NCBI GenBank assembly: GCA_035566535.1
Contig: DATMRA010000130.1
Span: 170-64,169 of the forward strand
From: Candidatus Acidiferrales bacterium
GTDB lineage: Bacteria > Chloroflexota > Dormibacteria > Aeolococcales > Aeolococcaceae
Reading direction: 5' to 3'
Length of the DNA stretch: 64,000 nt
Under the pieces are notes generated by a model. The model saw only the letters and a program-made list of their open reading frames with translations, had not been told where the DNA came from and did no database searches. Each line of letters opens with the position of its first letter. The first letter of the stretch is position 1. Positions 19,754-29,961 of the stretch are shown here, piece by piece. The translations under genes were made by a program, and so were the position numbers.

Positions 19754-21192
19754 CCCGCAGGTTCCACGCGGACCTCGCGAAAACGGCACGGAGCCGCGCC
19801 GTGCCCGACGTGCATGAGCTGCGTGGGCTGGCCCTTACCGCAGTTCACGACGCCCCACATGCGCCATTCGGACGGCCCGGCAACTGCGTCGCAGGATCGC
19901 CAGAACTCGGGAGTGCGGCCGCTGTACAGCGCATTGCGCACGAGCCGCGTCTTCTTCCCGTCGACGATCTCCCACGCGTTCTGTGTCCCGAACTGAAAGT
20001 TGAGGCGCACATCGTCGATGCTCCAGGAACGGTTGGTCTCGAGGTACACGCCGTGCTCCGTCGTTGCGATCATCTCCTCCAGGCTGGATGTCCCCGGCTC
20101 GAGGTTGACGTTCGTCATCCTGATGATCGGGAGGCGCGACCAGCCGTCGCCGCGCATGGTGCCGTTGCTCTCCTGGCCGAGGACGGCAGCAGTCTCACGC
20201 GAGCTCATGTAGCCGGTGAACAGGCCCTGGTCGACGAGCACCGTGCGCTGCGCGGGCACACCCTCGTCATCCCAACCGAATGTCCCCAGCCCTGTTTCCC
20301 TTGTTGCGTCAGCCGTCATCGTCACCGTCTCGCTGCCGTAGCGGAAGCTGCCCAGGAGGTCGGGCGTCAGGAACGACATGCCGGCAAACGCCGCCTCCGA
20401 CCCGAGCACACGGTCGAGCTCGGTGGGATGTCCACATGACTCGTGCACCTGCAACGCCGCCTGCGTGCCATCGAGAATCACCGTCATCACTCCCGCCGGG
20501 CACAGGTCTGCGGTGAGCAGCGCAACCGCCTCATTGCCCAGGCGCTCCGCGTTGCCCGGCAGGTCGAACGACTCGATGGCTTCCCAGCCCGCGCACAACT
20601 GGTGCCGCCCGAAGCTGTTCGGAAAGCTGCGCGTCTGCACCTCATCATCACTGGTGGCCATGACGTCCAGCCCGCCGCCGGACTCGATGATGGTTTGCGC
20701 GAGGCGCGAGCCCTCGCTGCTCGCGAAGAACCGTTCCTCGCGGACGAACTCGAGCGACGACTCGCGCACCGTCACGCCGCTGACGCCGGCCATCGCAGTG
20801 TCAGCGCGCATCAGCACGTCCACTTTGTCATCGAGCGATACAGCGAACGGATCGCGTACGACGGGCGTGCGGTACTCGCCGCTCGCGCCCGCCAGGGGCG
20901 CAAGCCTCACCGGCTGCGTGTTCACGCGCGCCGACGCGCGCGCAATGCGCACCGCGCGCCGAGCCGCGTCCTCGACACCCTGCGGATCCAGGCGATCGGT
21001 GCCCGCGAAACCCCACGCGCCGCCGGCGATCACGCGCACCCCGATGCCCTCATCCTCGGTCAGCGACACCGTCGCGACCACGCCATTCTTGACGACAAGA
21101 TGCTGAACTGTGCGCACAATCACGCGACAATCGACAAACTCAGCGCCTGCTACTGTGGCAGCGTCGAGTGCTCGCTCAGCTACATCCCGCAC
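19750..21192 (-). CDS. tldD: TldD family metalloprotease
   Basis: 480 aa with the HExxxH-like motif HESCGH followed by GxC/E residues, typical of TldD. Confidence 0.85.
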   Translation of the reverse strand: MRDVAERALDAATVAGAEFVDCRVIVRTVQHLVVKNGVVATVSLTEDEGIGVRVIAGGAWGFAGTDRLDPQGVEDAARRAVRIARASARVNTQPVRLAPLAGASGEYRTPVVRDPFAVSLDDKVDVLMRADTAMAGVSGVTVRESSLEFVREERFFASSEGSRLAQTIIESGGGLDVMATSDDEVQTRSFPNSFGRHQLCAGWEAIESFDLPGNAERLGNEAVALLTADLCPAGVMTVILDGTQAALQVHESCGHPTELDRVLGSEAAFAGMSFLTPDLLGSFRYGSETVTMTADATRETGLGTFGWDDEGVPAQRTVLVDQGLFTGYMSSRETAAVLGQESNGTMRGDGWSRLPIIRMTNVNLEPGTSSLEEMIATTEHGVYLETNRSWSIDDVRLNFQFGTQNAWEIVDGKKTRLVRNALYSGRTPEFWRSCDAVAGPSEWRMWGVVNCGKGQPTQLMHVGHGAAPCRFREVRVEPAG

Positions 21193-21248
21193 GGCTGCCG
21201 AGTATATCTGTCGAGTGTGGTCGGGGCTGTGCCTGTGGAGGCGTGAGA

Positions 21249-21322
21249 GACCATGCGCAGCCGGCTAGCCCGCCGGCGAGTACATAGCGGCTTGCGACGC
21301 CAACGGCGTCGCCCGCGGGGTC
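21249..21322. repeat. Repeat A, copy 2 (about 72 bp) with hairpin gcgacgcc-aac-ggcgtcgc (21294-21312). Lies 33 nt downstream of the stop of the substrate-binding protein gene.
   Basis: About 95% identical to 515-586, in the same orientation relative to the upstream minus-strand gene. Confidence 0.7.
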
Positions 21323-21354
21323 TAAAACGCCTCCACAGGCACTGCTCCCAGACC

Positions 21355-23313
21355 TCATGCCTGACAGTTCCCGCGGCCATTGCTGCCGGCTGAGCAGTAC
21401 CACTCGGCGGTGTTGTAGTCCCAGACGATGTCATTTTGCTTGACGCCGTGCAATGCGGTCGGGTAGCTGTTGACGATGAGCTGCTGGAACAGCGGGATCT
21501 CTGGGAGCACGGTGGCGAGCCGTTGCTCGGCCTGCATGTAGTAGTGGGCCTGCTGCGCGAGGTCGACGGTGGTTCGCGCTTTGTCGAGGTCGCTGTCGAG
21601 CTGGGCGTCACTCACGCCGGTGTCGTTCATGCCCACGCCGCCATTGGAGCTCGAGGGGATCTCGACGTCAGCGCTGCACGTGCCACCGCAGTCGCCGTGG
21701 TAGTCGGCGAAATACGTACCGGGGTAGCCGGGCTGGTCGAGGGTGAGCGCGAACATGGCGGTATCGAACCCGTGGCTGTACAGCGGCCCGCCACCGGCGT
21801 ACGTGGCGAAGAACGCTGCCGACTTGGCATTGCCCGCGAACGCGCTCGGCACGTTGATCCCGATGTGCTGCAGATCCATCTGGACCATGGTCTGAACCTT
21901 CAGTCGCGACGGGTCGTCACTCGTCGTGGCAAGGCCCACCACGATGCAGGTCCCGTCCTTCCAGTGGCGATAGGGTTGGCCATCCGGGGCTGCGCCGCAC
22001 TTCGGGTCGCGTGTGTACCCGGCGGCGTCCAGCATGGTGTTCGCCGCCTGCGCGTCGAACGCTGTCTGTGTGATGCCCGAGCCGGCGAGATACGTGGCTC
22101 CGAGATACATCCACGAATCCTTGGGCACGACGGTGAGTCCCGGAGCGACTGCCTGGACGATGGCCGCTCTGTCGATGCCGAGCAGGAAAGCTTTGCGAAT
22201 GGCCATGTCAGCGGTGTACGGGTTGGCCGAGACGCCCGGGTTGTCACAGAGCGGCCGGTGCTCCGCGCAGAGATTGAAGTCGATCTTCTCGGCGCCGGAG
22301 GCGGCGATGGTCTGCAGCGCGATGCCGGTCTTCGCGCCGGACCCCGCCTGCAGCGCCGCGAGGTTCGCGAGGCGCATGTCGAGTCCCACCTGGATCGCCC
22401 CGGACATGGCATCCCGGACTTCGGTGGCCAGGTCCGGTTCCATCTTGAAGATCAGCTTGTCGAGGTGGGGCTGCTGGTCCGGATTCCAATAATGGTTGTT
22501 GGCCACGAGCACCAGGGAGTCGCCCGGGGTGTAGCTCTGCAACACGAACGGCCCGGTCCCATCCACGGTTCCTTTCAGCGCCGCCTGCCCGCGGAACGCC
22601 GTCGGGTTCCCTGAACCTTTGGTGAGATCGACCGTCGCCGCCAGGCTGTCGGCGTTCGCCGCCTGCGCGAACGCGGGGTCGAGAAAGGTGGCCGGCAGGA
22701 CGCCGTAGACGCCACTGCCGAGCGTGAGATAGCCGCCGTACTGCGTCTTGAAGTTGACGACCACGGTGTAGCGATCGGCCTCGCTGCAACTGCGCACCTG
22801 ATCCCAACCGGCAGTGGACGCCACCGGCGTCGGATTGGCGTGCTTCTGCGCGCCGTACTCCAACCAGAAGAGTTGATAGGTGTCGCAGACGTCGTGCGCC
22901 GTGAATGGACTTCCGTCATGCCACTGCACACCCTGGCGCAGCTTCCAGGTCACGCACATGGCTGCCTGCGTGTCGTCGCAGCCGGTGGTCTTCACGTCAC
23001 CGTTGGCCGTGGTCGGTGTCTCCGTGGCGAGCGCGGGCGCCCAGTAGTCGGCAGCGGACGCCGCGTGCTGCGTCTCCTGCACGGAGCGGTACCAGAGCAG
23101 GCCCTCTTGAACCGGAGCGTCGAGGGCATACGCGAACGGCAGCGCGCCGACGATGCCGGCGTCGAGGAGGCTCCCCGGCTCCTGCCAGACGCCCAGCGTA
23201 AGTGTTCCACCCATCACAGCCGCAGGTGTCGGCGAGGGAGTTGACACGGACGGGGTGCATCCCGCGACCGCCAGCAGTCCCACTGCGACCATCGCCGTCA
23301 GTACGCGCTTCAT
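21355..23313 (-). CDS. ABC-transporter substrate-binding protein, family 5 (peptide/nickel type), lipoprotein. No permease or ATPase genes are adjacent.
   Basis: Lipoprotein signal MKRVLTAMVAVGLLAVAGC starting at ATG 23311-23313. About 650 aa, matching the SBP_bac_5 fold. Flanked by tldD downstream and a divergent two-component system upstream. Confidence 0.8.
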   Translation of the reverse strand: MKRVLTAMVAVGLLAVAGCTPSVSTPSPTPAAVMGGTLTLGVWQEPGSLLDAGIVGALPFAYALDAPVQEGLLWYRSVQETQHAASAADYWAPALATETPTTANGDVKTTGCDDTQAAMCVTWKLRQGVQWHDGSPFTAHDVCDTYQLFWLEYGAQKHANPTPVASTAGWDQVRSCSEADRYTVVVNFKTQYGGYLTLGSGVYGVLPATFLDPAFAQAANADSLAATVDLTKGSGNPTAFRGQAALKGTVDGTGPFVLQSYTPGDSLVLVANNHYWNPDQQPHLDKLIFKMEPDLATEVRDAMSGAIQVGLDMRLANLAALQAGSGAKTGIALQTIAASGAEKIDFNLCAEHRPLCDNPGVSANPYTADMAIRKAFLLGIDRAAIVQAVAPGLTVVPKDSWMYLGATYLAGSGITQTAFDAQAANTMLDAAGYTRDPKCGAAPDGQPYRHWKDGTCIVVGLATTSDDPSRLKVQTMVQMDLQHIGINVPSAFAGNAKSAAFFATYAGGGPLYSHGFDTAMFALTLDQPGYPGTYFADYHGDCGGTCSADVEIPSSSNGGVGMNDTGVSDAQLDSDLDKARTTVDLAQQAHYYMQAEQRLATVLPEIPLFQQLIVNSYPTALHGVKQNDIVWDYNTAEWYCSAGSNGRGNCQA

Positions 23314-23521
23314 GCCACGCCGTCTCAGCCTCGAACCGCACCAATGCAACAGGCATGGCAACCTGGCCATGCAGGAACGCGCGTCATTCTCTCCGAGAAA
23401 CCGGGACCGTGCGGGCCGCCGACGCACCTCGCGGCGTCAGGCCACCCGGGTTGCACGTGCTTTCGCATCAAGCGCGCCTATACTCGAGAACGGCAGACTC
23501 AATACCGGTGCAGATGGAGTG

Positions 23522-26089
23522 ATGCTCGACCCTCGCCGGCGTTTTCGCGACCGGCTCCTCATCGGCATGGTGGCTGTTGCGCTGCTGCCACTGGCTGCGT
23601 TCGCCGTGCTGGCAGCGTTCGATCTCGACGCCATTGGCAAGAGCACGGCCGAGGCGGCGCAGGGGGCCATCCTTCAGGATGAACGGGCCCGCCAGCAGTC
23701 GACGGTGGCCGGGGACGCCGGGCTGATTGACCAGCGGATGGACGACATCAACTCCGAGCTGGGGAAGACAGGCAGGCAGATCCTCTTGCAAATGTCCGCC
23801 TCGGCGGCCCCCGTAACGCCGCCCGCAGGCCTGATCTCGTACGGGGGAGCAGGCTACGTCGGCGGCGTCGGTCAGCCCAGCAGCGCAGTTCTTCCGGCAA
23901 ATCCCACGGCGGCGGACGTGCGAATGATCGATGTCACGGGTGCGCCGCCGGTGCTGGCTCTGCTGCAAGGGCTGCGCCAGCAATACGCCGAGGTCCAGGC
24001 AGTCTGGGTGGCGAACCAGAGCGACACGGCGCTCCGCGCGGTGCCCGGCTTTGACGTGCCCGCCACGCTTGTCGCCGGGCGGCTGGACCCCAACGACCCG
24101 CAGCAGCGCTACCGAGGAGACGTGTTCGCCACTGCGCAGACCCGCTACGGCGGCGCGGCGTCGAATTGGGTGGATCCCAGTGCACCGTTGGGGAACCCCG
24201 GTGGCCCGTACTGGACTGACCCGTACCCGGTTCTCGGCTCGGGCGCTATCGGCGTGACAGCCTGGGTACCGCTACGCGACGGGCACACGCTGGTCGGCGT
24301 CGACCTGTCGCTGACGGGGCTCATCGCGGCCGCGCTCGCCTCCACCGCGTCGACCCCCCTCCCACCCGCCTCGTATCCCCTGATGCTGAGCAGCGACGGG
24401 ATCGTCCTGTACGGGGGCCTGGGTCTCTCCCAGGACTTCGGCGTCACGTCGGACCTGACTGGGTCGCCGCTGCCCGTGAAGGACAAGCCCGCCCTGGCCT
24501 CCGGGCTGAAGCACATCGAGGCGACCGGGGCTGCGCCAGCGAGTCCACTCGCGGCGCAGCTGGCGGGGGTGACCAAGGATGTGTTCGCCGCACCCATATT
24601 CGCGGGTCGGTGGGTTCTCACCCGACCGGTGCCGCTCAGTGACCTGCAGCCTGACCTGACCGGCCTCACCACCGGGGTGACCGCGGGCGTCCACCGGCTC
24701 TTCCCACTGGTCGTTCTCCCCGCGCTGGTCCTGCTCCTCGGTCTCGCCTTCCTGGCAGCGACGCTCCTGTCCCGGCGCCTGGTCGGCCCGGTGCGCAATC
24801 TCACGGTCGCCGCCGAGCTGCTGGCCACAGGCGAGACCAGCGTTCCCGTTCCGCCCCAGGGCGGCGACGAGGTCGGGGTCCTGGCTGCCGCCCTGGAGCG
24901 CATGCGCCGCGAGATCAACGCCTCTCGGCACGCGATCCTGGCCGCGGCCGCGGAGCTGGAGGGCCGCGTGCACCAGCGCACTCGTGAGCTGCGCGCCCGC
25001 AACGACGAGCTGGTCGCGCTCAACGATCTCGCGGGTTCGCTCACCCGCTCCCTGGAGCCGCAGTTCATCCTGGACGACGCCCTGCAGGCGATACGAGCGA
25101 TCCACCCGCTGCGCTCCGGCCGGGGTTACGTGTTCGAGGGTGAAACGCTCAGTGCGGTCGCCGGCTGGCCGCAGGCCATGGCCCCGGGCACCTCGGAAGG
25201 AGCCCCGCTAGAGGCCGTGGCCGCCGAGACCATCCGCAACAGCCGGCCGTTGCGCCGGCGCTCCGGCGACGGCATATTGCTCGGCTGGCCCCTGGCCACC
25301 CGGCAAGGCATGGTGGGGGCACTTGCGGTGGAAACCGAGACAACGCCGAGCGCCGACAAGCGCCGCCTTCTGCAGGCCGTCGCCGATCAGGTGGCCCTCG
25401 CACTGCGCACCTCACTGCTGTCAGCGGCCGGCCGGGAGCACGCGGTGCTCGAGGAGCGCACCCGCCTCGCGCGCGAGATCCACGACACCCTCGCCCAGCA
25501 GCTGACCGGCATCGTCATCCAGCTCGAGGCGGCCGACACGCTGGTGGAGCGCGGCTCGGACCGGGCTCGTCAATCGGTCGCGATCGCCCGCGACCTGGCG
25601 CGAGCTGCCCTCCAGGAAGCGCGGCGGTCGGTCTGGAACCTGCGGCCCGCGCCCCTTGCGGCGGCCGGCCTCGTGGCCGCCCTCGAACGGGAGGTCCGGG
25701 CCTGGGAGAGCCGCTCGGGCATTGCGGCGCGGTTCCGCAAACGCTCGGTCGCCGCCCGCCCGTCGCTTCAGCCCGCTTCGGAGGTCGCGCTGCTGCGCAC
25801 AGTCCAGGAAGCCCTATCAAATGTCGCGCGTCACAGCGGAGCGGCCGCTGTCACCGTCACGCTCAAGGCGGATGGGGACGAGATCGTGCTCACGGTGCAC
25901 GACGACGGGGTCGGCTTTGACGCGGCGTCGGAGCCGCCGCGCAGCGACTGCTTCGGCCTCGAGGGGATGCGTGAGCGGGTTCGCCTGGCGGGGGGTACCC
26001 TGATCGTGATGAGCAGTCCCGGCGCCGGCACCGAGATCACCGCCCGGCTGCCGCTCGCCGAACCCACCGCGGTGGCGCACAGCGCATGA
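23522..26089 (+). CDS. Sensor histidine kinase, NarL/LuxR-partner type (TM, roughly 450-aa extracytoplasmic sensor, TM, HAMP, GAF, HisKA_3, HATPase_c)
   Basis: Start assigned to ATG 23522 (MLDPRRRF...), immediately followed by TM1. H-box EERTRLAREIHDTLAQQL. The C-terminal ATPase domain has N/G boxes. The ORF-track start at 23153 overlaps the substrate-binding protein gene. Confidence 0.85.
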   Translation: MLDPRRRFRDRLLIGMVAVALLPLAAFAVLAAFDLDAIGKSTAEAAQGAILQDERARQQSTVAGDAGLIDQRMDDINSELGKTGRQILLQMSASAAPVTPPAGLISYGGAGYVGGVGQPSSAVLPANPTAADVRMIDVTGAPPVLALLQGLRQQYAEVQAVWVANQSDTALRAVPGFDVPATLVAGRLDPNDPQQRYRGDVFATAQTRYGGAASNWVDPSAPLGNPGGPYWTDPYPVLGSGAIGVTAWVPLRDGHTLVGVDLSLTGLIAAALASTASTPLPPASYPLMLSSDGIVLYGGLGLSQDFGVTSDLTGSPLPVKDKPALASGLKHIEATGAAPASPLAAQLAGVTKDVFAAPIFAGRWVLTRPVPLSDLQPDLTGLTTGVTAGVHRLFPLVVLPALVLLLGLAFLAATLLSRRLVGPVRNLTVAAELLATGETSVPVPPQGGDEVGVLAAALERMRREINASRHAILAAAAELEGRVHQRTRELRARNDELVALNDLAGSLTRSLEPQFILDDALQAIRAIHPLRSGRGYVFEGETLSAVAGWPQAMAPGTSEGAPLEAVAAETIRNSRPLRRRSGDGILLGWPLATRQGMVGALAVETETTPSADKRRLLQAVADQVALALRTSLLSAAGREHAVLEERTRLAREIHDTLAQQLTGIVIQLEAADTLVERGSDRARQSVAIARDLARAALQEARRSVWNLRPAPLAAAGLVAALEREVRAWESRSGIAARFRKRSVAARPSLQPASEVALLRTVQEALSNVARHSGAAAVTVTLKADGDEIVLTVHDDGVGFDAASEPPRSDCFGLEGMRERVRLAGGTLIVMSSPGAGTEITARLPLAEPTAVAHSA

Positions 26090-26688
26090 TCCGCGTCCTC
26101 GTCGCCGACGACCACCCGGTGGTGCAGCACGGCTTGTGCACGATGCTCGAGCTGGAAGAGGACATCGATGTGATCGGCCGCGCAGCCGACGGCGGTGAGG
26201 CCGTCAGTCAGGCTTTCTCCCTCCAGCCGGACGTCATCCTGCTCGATGTGCAGATGCCGGTGATGGACGGCATCGAGGCGCTGCGACGCATTCGCGCGCA
26301 GGATCCGGAGGCGCGCGTCATCGTGCTCACGACGTACCGCAATGAGGACTACATCTTCCCCTCACTGCAAGCCGGGGCGCGCGGCTACCTCCTGAAAGAC
26401 GCGACGCGCGAGGAACTTGCCGGGGCCATTCGTCAGGTCGCGGCAGGGCAATCGCTGCTCGATCCCGCACTGGTACACGCCGCGCGGGCGGATCACCCGC
26501 CGCTTACCGCGCGCGAGCGCGACGTCCTGCGCCTCATGGCGGACGGCAAGAACAACTCGGAGATTGCCACGCAACTCTTCGTCAGTGAGAACACGGTGAA
26601 GACCCACGTGAGCAACATCTTCGACAAGTTGAACTGCCGCGACCGCGCTGCCGCGGTGCTGTCCGCCTGGAAGCGCCACATCATCTAG
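26086..26688 (+). CDS. NarL/FixJ-family response regulator (REC + LuxR-type HTH)
   Basis: 200 aa with MIRVLVADDHPVV...ILLDVQMP and a C-terminal LTARERDVLRLMADGKNNSEIATQLFVSENTVKTHVSNIF. Overlaps the kinase gene by 4 nt (ATGA). Confidence 0.9.
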   Translation: MIRVLVADDHPVVQHGLCTMLELEEDIDVIGRAADGGEAVSQAFSLQPDVILLDVQMPVMDGIEALRRIRAQDPEARVIVLTTYRNEDYIFPSLQAGARGYLLKDATREELAGAIRQVAAGQSLLDPALVHAARADHPPLTARERDVLRLMADGKNNSEIATQLFVSENTVKTHVSNIFDKLNCRDRAAAVLSAWKRHII

Positions 26689-26715
26689 GTCTTCGAGCCC
26701 CAATACAATCTCCGG

Positions 26716-28008
26716 ATGGCTGAGACCCTGGGGGTGGGACTGCTCGGTTTGGGCACCGTCGGCTCCGCGGTCGCCGCGCGACTCATGAGCGAGTGGGAAT
26801 TGCTCGCACAACGAGCCGGCGCGACTCCGGTGCTGCGTCGTGTTGCGGTCCGCGACGCCACCAGAAAGCGTGATATCGATCTGCGCGCCGTGCCGATCAC
26901 CGACGACCCGGCCAGCGTCGTTGACGATCCCACCGTGAGCGTTGTGGTGGAGGTGATGGGCGGTGTCGACCCGGCCACGACGCTGATTCAGCGAGCGCTG
27001 GAGCGGGGTAAGAGCGTGGTCACCGCCAACAAGGCCGTGATCGCGGAATCGGGCCCGCAACTGGCCGAACTGGCCGCTGCTCACGGAGCCGGCATCTGGT
27101 TCGAGGCGTCCGTCGGCGCTGGACTCCCTGTCGTCTCCGTGCTGCGCGAGTCGCTCGGCGGCGACCGCATCACCGCTATCGACGCCATCATCAACGGCAC
27201 CACCAACGTCATCCTCACGCGCATGCGCACCGACGGCGTCGCGTTCGAAACCGCGCTCGCTGAAGCGCAGCGCAGGGGATTCGCCGAGGCGGATCCGAGC
27301 TCGGACGTGGACGGCTGGGATGCCGCGTACAAGCTGATCATCATGTCGTGGCTCGCGTACGGCGCGCACGTCCCGGTGGAACAGGTTGACCGCCACGGCA
27401 TCCGGGCGATTCAACTGCCCGACCTCGCATACACCGGACAGCTCGGGTACAGCGTCAAGCTGCTCGCTCACTCGGAGCGGCGCGAGCGTCCGGCCGCAGT
27501 GCATCTTCGTGTGCGTCCGACGGCCGTTCCCAGCGGGCACGCCCTCTTCGACATCAATGATTCTGCCAATGCTGTCTTCATCTCGAGCGACCTGGCGAGA
27601 TCGGTCGCGATCTCCGGGCTTGGCGCGGGCGGTCCCTCCACGGCCAGCGCCGTCGTGGCCGACATCGTGGCCGCCATCCGGCGGCGCGGCAGTCAACCCG
27701 GCCCGCCGCCGACGGCGCCGGCACAGCCGGTGAGCGATGAGGACATCGACGTCGCCGGCTACCTCCGTGTCCGCCTCGACGGGTCCGCCGACGCCCGCGC
27801 CATTGCCGTGCAGGCGCTGGAGGATCGCGGCGTGCCCGTGGTCGACGCCATCGACAAGCCGCCGCTCGACGGACCGCTTCCACAGCTTCTGATCCTCACG
27901 GGAATGGCGCCGCGCGCTGTGCACGACCGCGCCCTCGAAACGCTGGATACGCTGGCCGTCGTCCGCGAGATCGCGTGCTCCCTGGATCGCATCGAGACGG
28001 CCGCGTGA
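26716..28008 (+). CDS. hom: Homoserine dehydrogenase (with C-terminal ACT domain)
   Basis: 430 aa with N-terminal GLLGLGTVG and the conserved catalytic region; followed directly by thrC and thrB. Confidence 0.9.
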   Translation: MAETLGVGLLGLGTVGSAVAARLMSEWELLAQRAGATPVLRRVAVRDATRKRDIDLRAVPITDDPASVVDDPTVSVVVEVMGGVDPATTLIQRALERGKSVVTANKAVIAESGPQLAELAAAHGAGIWFEASVGAGLPVVSVLRESLGGDRITAIDAIINGTTNVILTRMRTDGVAFETALAEAQRRGFAEADPSSDVDGWDAAYKLIIMSWLAYGAHVPVEQVDRHGIRAIQLPDLAYTGQLGYSVKLLAHSERRERPAAVHLRVRPTAVPSGHALFDINDSANAVFISSDLARSVAISGLGAGGPSTASAVVADIVAAIRRRGSQPGPPPTAPAQPVSDEDIDVAGYLRVRLDGSADARAIAVQALEDRGVPVVDAIDKPPLDGPLPQLLILTGMAPRAVHDRALETLDTLAVVREIACSLDRIETAA

Positions 28009-29054
28009 GCGGCGGCGTCCTGGCGCGTTATTCAGAATGGCTGCCGCTGGACGAGGAGACACCACGCATCTCGCTGGGTGAGGGAAGCACCCCCTGCGTG
28101 GAGTCGCGCGTCATCGGGCCTCAGCTTGGGCTCGGATCACTCCATTTCAAGGTTGAAGGGCTGAACCCGACTGGCTCCTTCAAGGACCGTGGCATGGTCG
28201 TCGCCGTGGCGCGTGCGCTGCAGGAAGGAAGTCGCGTCCTCGTCTGCGCCTCGACCGGAAACACGAGCGCGTCGGCCGCTGCGTACGGCGCGCGATTCGG
28301 TCTCCGCACCGCGGTCGTGGTGCCCGAAGGCGGCGTCGCGGCGGGCAAGCTCCTGCAGGCGCAGGTGTACGGGGCAACCGTGATCGCCGTGCACGGCGGA
28401 TTCGACATCGCCCTCGACATCGTGCGGAAACTCGCCTCGAGAGGCGGCGTCACCCTGGTCAACAGCGTCAACCCATTTCGCATCGAGGGGCAGAAGACCG
28501 CGGCGTTCGAGATCGTCGACGAGCTCGGCGATGCACCGGAAATCGTCTGTCTGCCGGTTGGCAACGCGGGCAACATCACCGCGTACTGGCGCGGTTTTCG
28601 TGAGTACCACGCGGCCGGGCGCTCCACGCGCCTGCCGCGGATGATCGGTGGCCAGGCAGCCGGTGCCGCGCCGCTGGTGTCTGGACGGCCGGTCGCCGAT
28701 CCCCAGACGATCGCATCGGCGATTCGCATCGGCCAGCCGGCTTCATGGCAGGGAGCCGTCGCGGCTCGTGACGAGTCTGAAGGGCTCATCGACGCGGTGA
28801 CAGATGACGCAATCCTCGATGCTCAGCGGCGGCTCGCGTCACAGGAGGGGATCTTCGGTGAGCCGGCGTCCGCTGCAGCACTCGCCGTGCTCGAGAAGGC
28901 CGTACGCGACGGAGTGGTGCCACCGGGTGCGCACGTCGTGTGCGTCATCACCGGCAACGGCTTGAAGGACCCGGCCACCGTCGCGGCAGGCTTGCCAGAA
29001 CCGGTGCGCGTTCCGGCTGAGGTCGATACGGTCGCCGCTGCGTTGAATCTGTGA
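28005..29054 (+). CDS. thrC: Threonine synthase
   Basis: PLP-lysine motif GLNPTGSFKDRG. Start assigned to the GTG overlapping the hom stop (GTGA). Confidence 0.9.
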   Translation: MSGGVLARYSEWLPLDEETPRISLGEGSTPCVESRVIGPQLGLGSLHFKVEGLNPTGSFKDRGMVVAVARALQEGSRVLVCASTGNTSASAAAYGARFGLRTAVVVPEGGVAAGKLLQAQVYGATVIAVHGGFDIALDIVRKLASRGGVTLVNSVNPFRIEGQKTAAFEIVDELGDAPEIVCLPVGNAGNITAYWRGFREYHAAGRSTRLPRMIGGQAAGAAPLVSGRPVADPQTIASAIRIGQPASWQGAVAARDESEGLIDAVTDDAILDAQRRLASQEGIFGEPASAAALAVLEKAVRDGVVPPGAHVVCVITGNGLKDPATVAAGLPEPVRVPAEVDTVAAALNL

Positions 29055-29061
29055 GACCGCA

Positions 29062-29961
29062 ATGCAGGTGAAGATCGCGGTGCCGGCCACCGTGGCGAAC
29101 CTCGGTCCCGGCTTCGACATCCTCGCTCTTGCGTTGCAACTGCAGAACGACGTGCACGCCCAGGAGGTCGGCGGTGAGGACCTCACCGTGGATCCGGGCG
29201 CGGAGGCGCCCGATGAACTGCGCGACTCGCGGTTGAACCTGGTGACGCGCGCGTACACATTTGCGTGCGAGCGGCTCGCGGTGGCGGCTCACGGTGTCCA
29301 CTTCCGCTGCACCAACCGCATCCCGATGGCACGCGGCCTCGGTTCCAGCGCGGCGGCGGCTCTCGGAGGTGTGCTCGCCGCGGTTGCGTTGCACCAGGCC
29401 CCGTGGGACGAGGACGACGTCCTCGACTGTGTCGCGGAGTTGGAGGGCCATCGCGACAACGCTGCTGCGGCGCTGCTCGGCGGCCTGGCCATCTGCGCCC
29501 CGGGCGCACCGGCGGTGAACATGGCGGTCCCCGACGAGATCCGGGCGGTGCTGTTCATCCCGGCGACCGAGTTGCTCACCAAGCTCGCGCGCGATGTGGT
29601 TCCGCTGCAATTCTCCCGCGACGATGCCGTCTTCAACGCCGCGCGCTGCGCGCTGCTGGTACGGGCGCTGGCGCTGAAGGACTACGACTCCCTCGGCTAT
29701 GCCATGGACGACCGCTGGCATCAGCCGGCGCGCAGCGCGCTCCTGCCCCATGCCGCAGCACTCATGTCTGCCGCGCGCGAGGCTGGTGCATCCGGCGCGG
29801 CGCTCGCCGGCGCGGGCCCATCCGTGATCGCCCTGACCCCGCTTGACCCTGCTCCAATCGTCGAAGCGATGACGGCCACAGCGCGCGGCCACGGCATGCC
29901 CGGGTCGGCATCCGTGTTTACGCCGCGCAACTTCGGCACACGTGTCGACGTGCGACCGTGA
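29062..29961 (+). CDS. thrB: Homoserine kinase (GHMP kinase)
   Basis: 299 aa with N-terminal PATVANLGPGFDILALAL and the GHMP motif PMARGLGSSAAA. Confidence 0.9.
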   Translation: MQVKIAVPATVANLGPGFDILALALQLQNDVHAQEVGGEDLTVDPGAEAPDELRDSRLNLVTRAYTFACERLAVAAHGVHFRCTNRIPMARGLGSSAAAALGGVLAAVALHQAPWDEDDVLDCVAELEGHRDNAAAALLGGLAICAPGAPAVNMAVPDEIRAVLFIPATELLTKLARDVVPLQFSRDDAVFNAARCALLVRALALKDYDSLGYAMDDRWHQPARSALLPHAAALMSAAREAGASGAALAGAGPSVIALTPLDPAPIVEAMTATARGHGMPGSASVFTPRNFGTRVDVRP

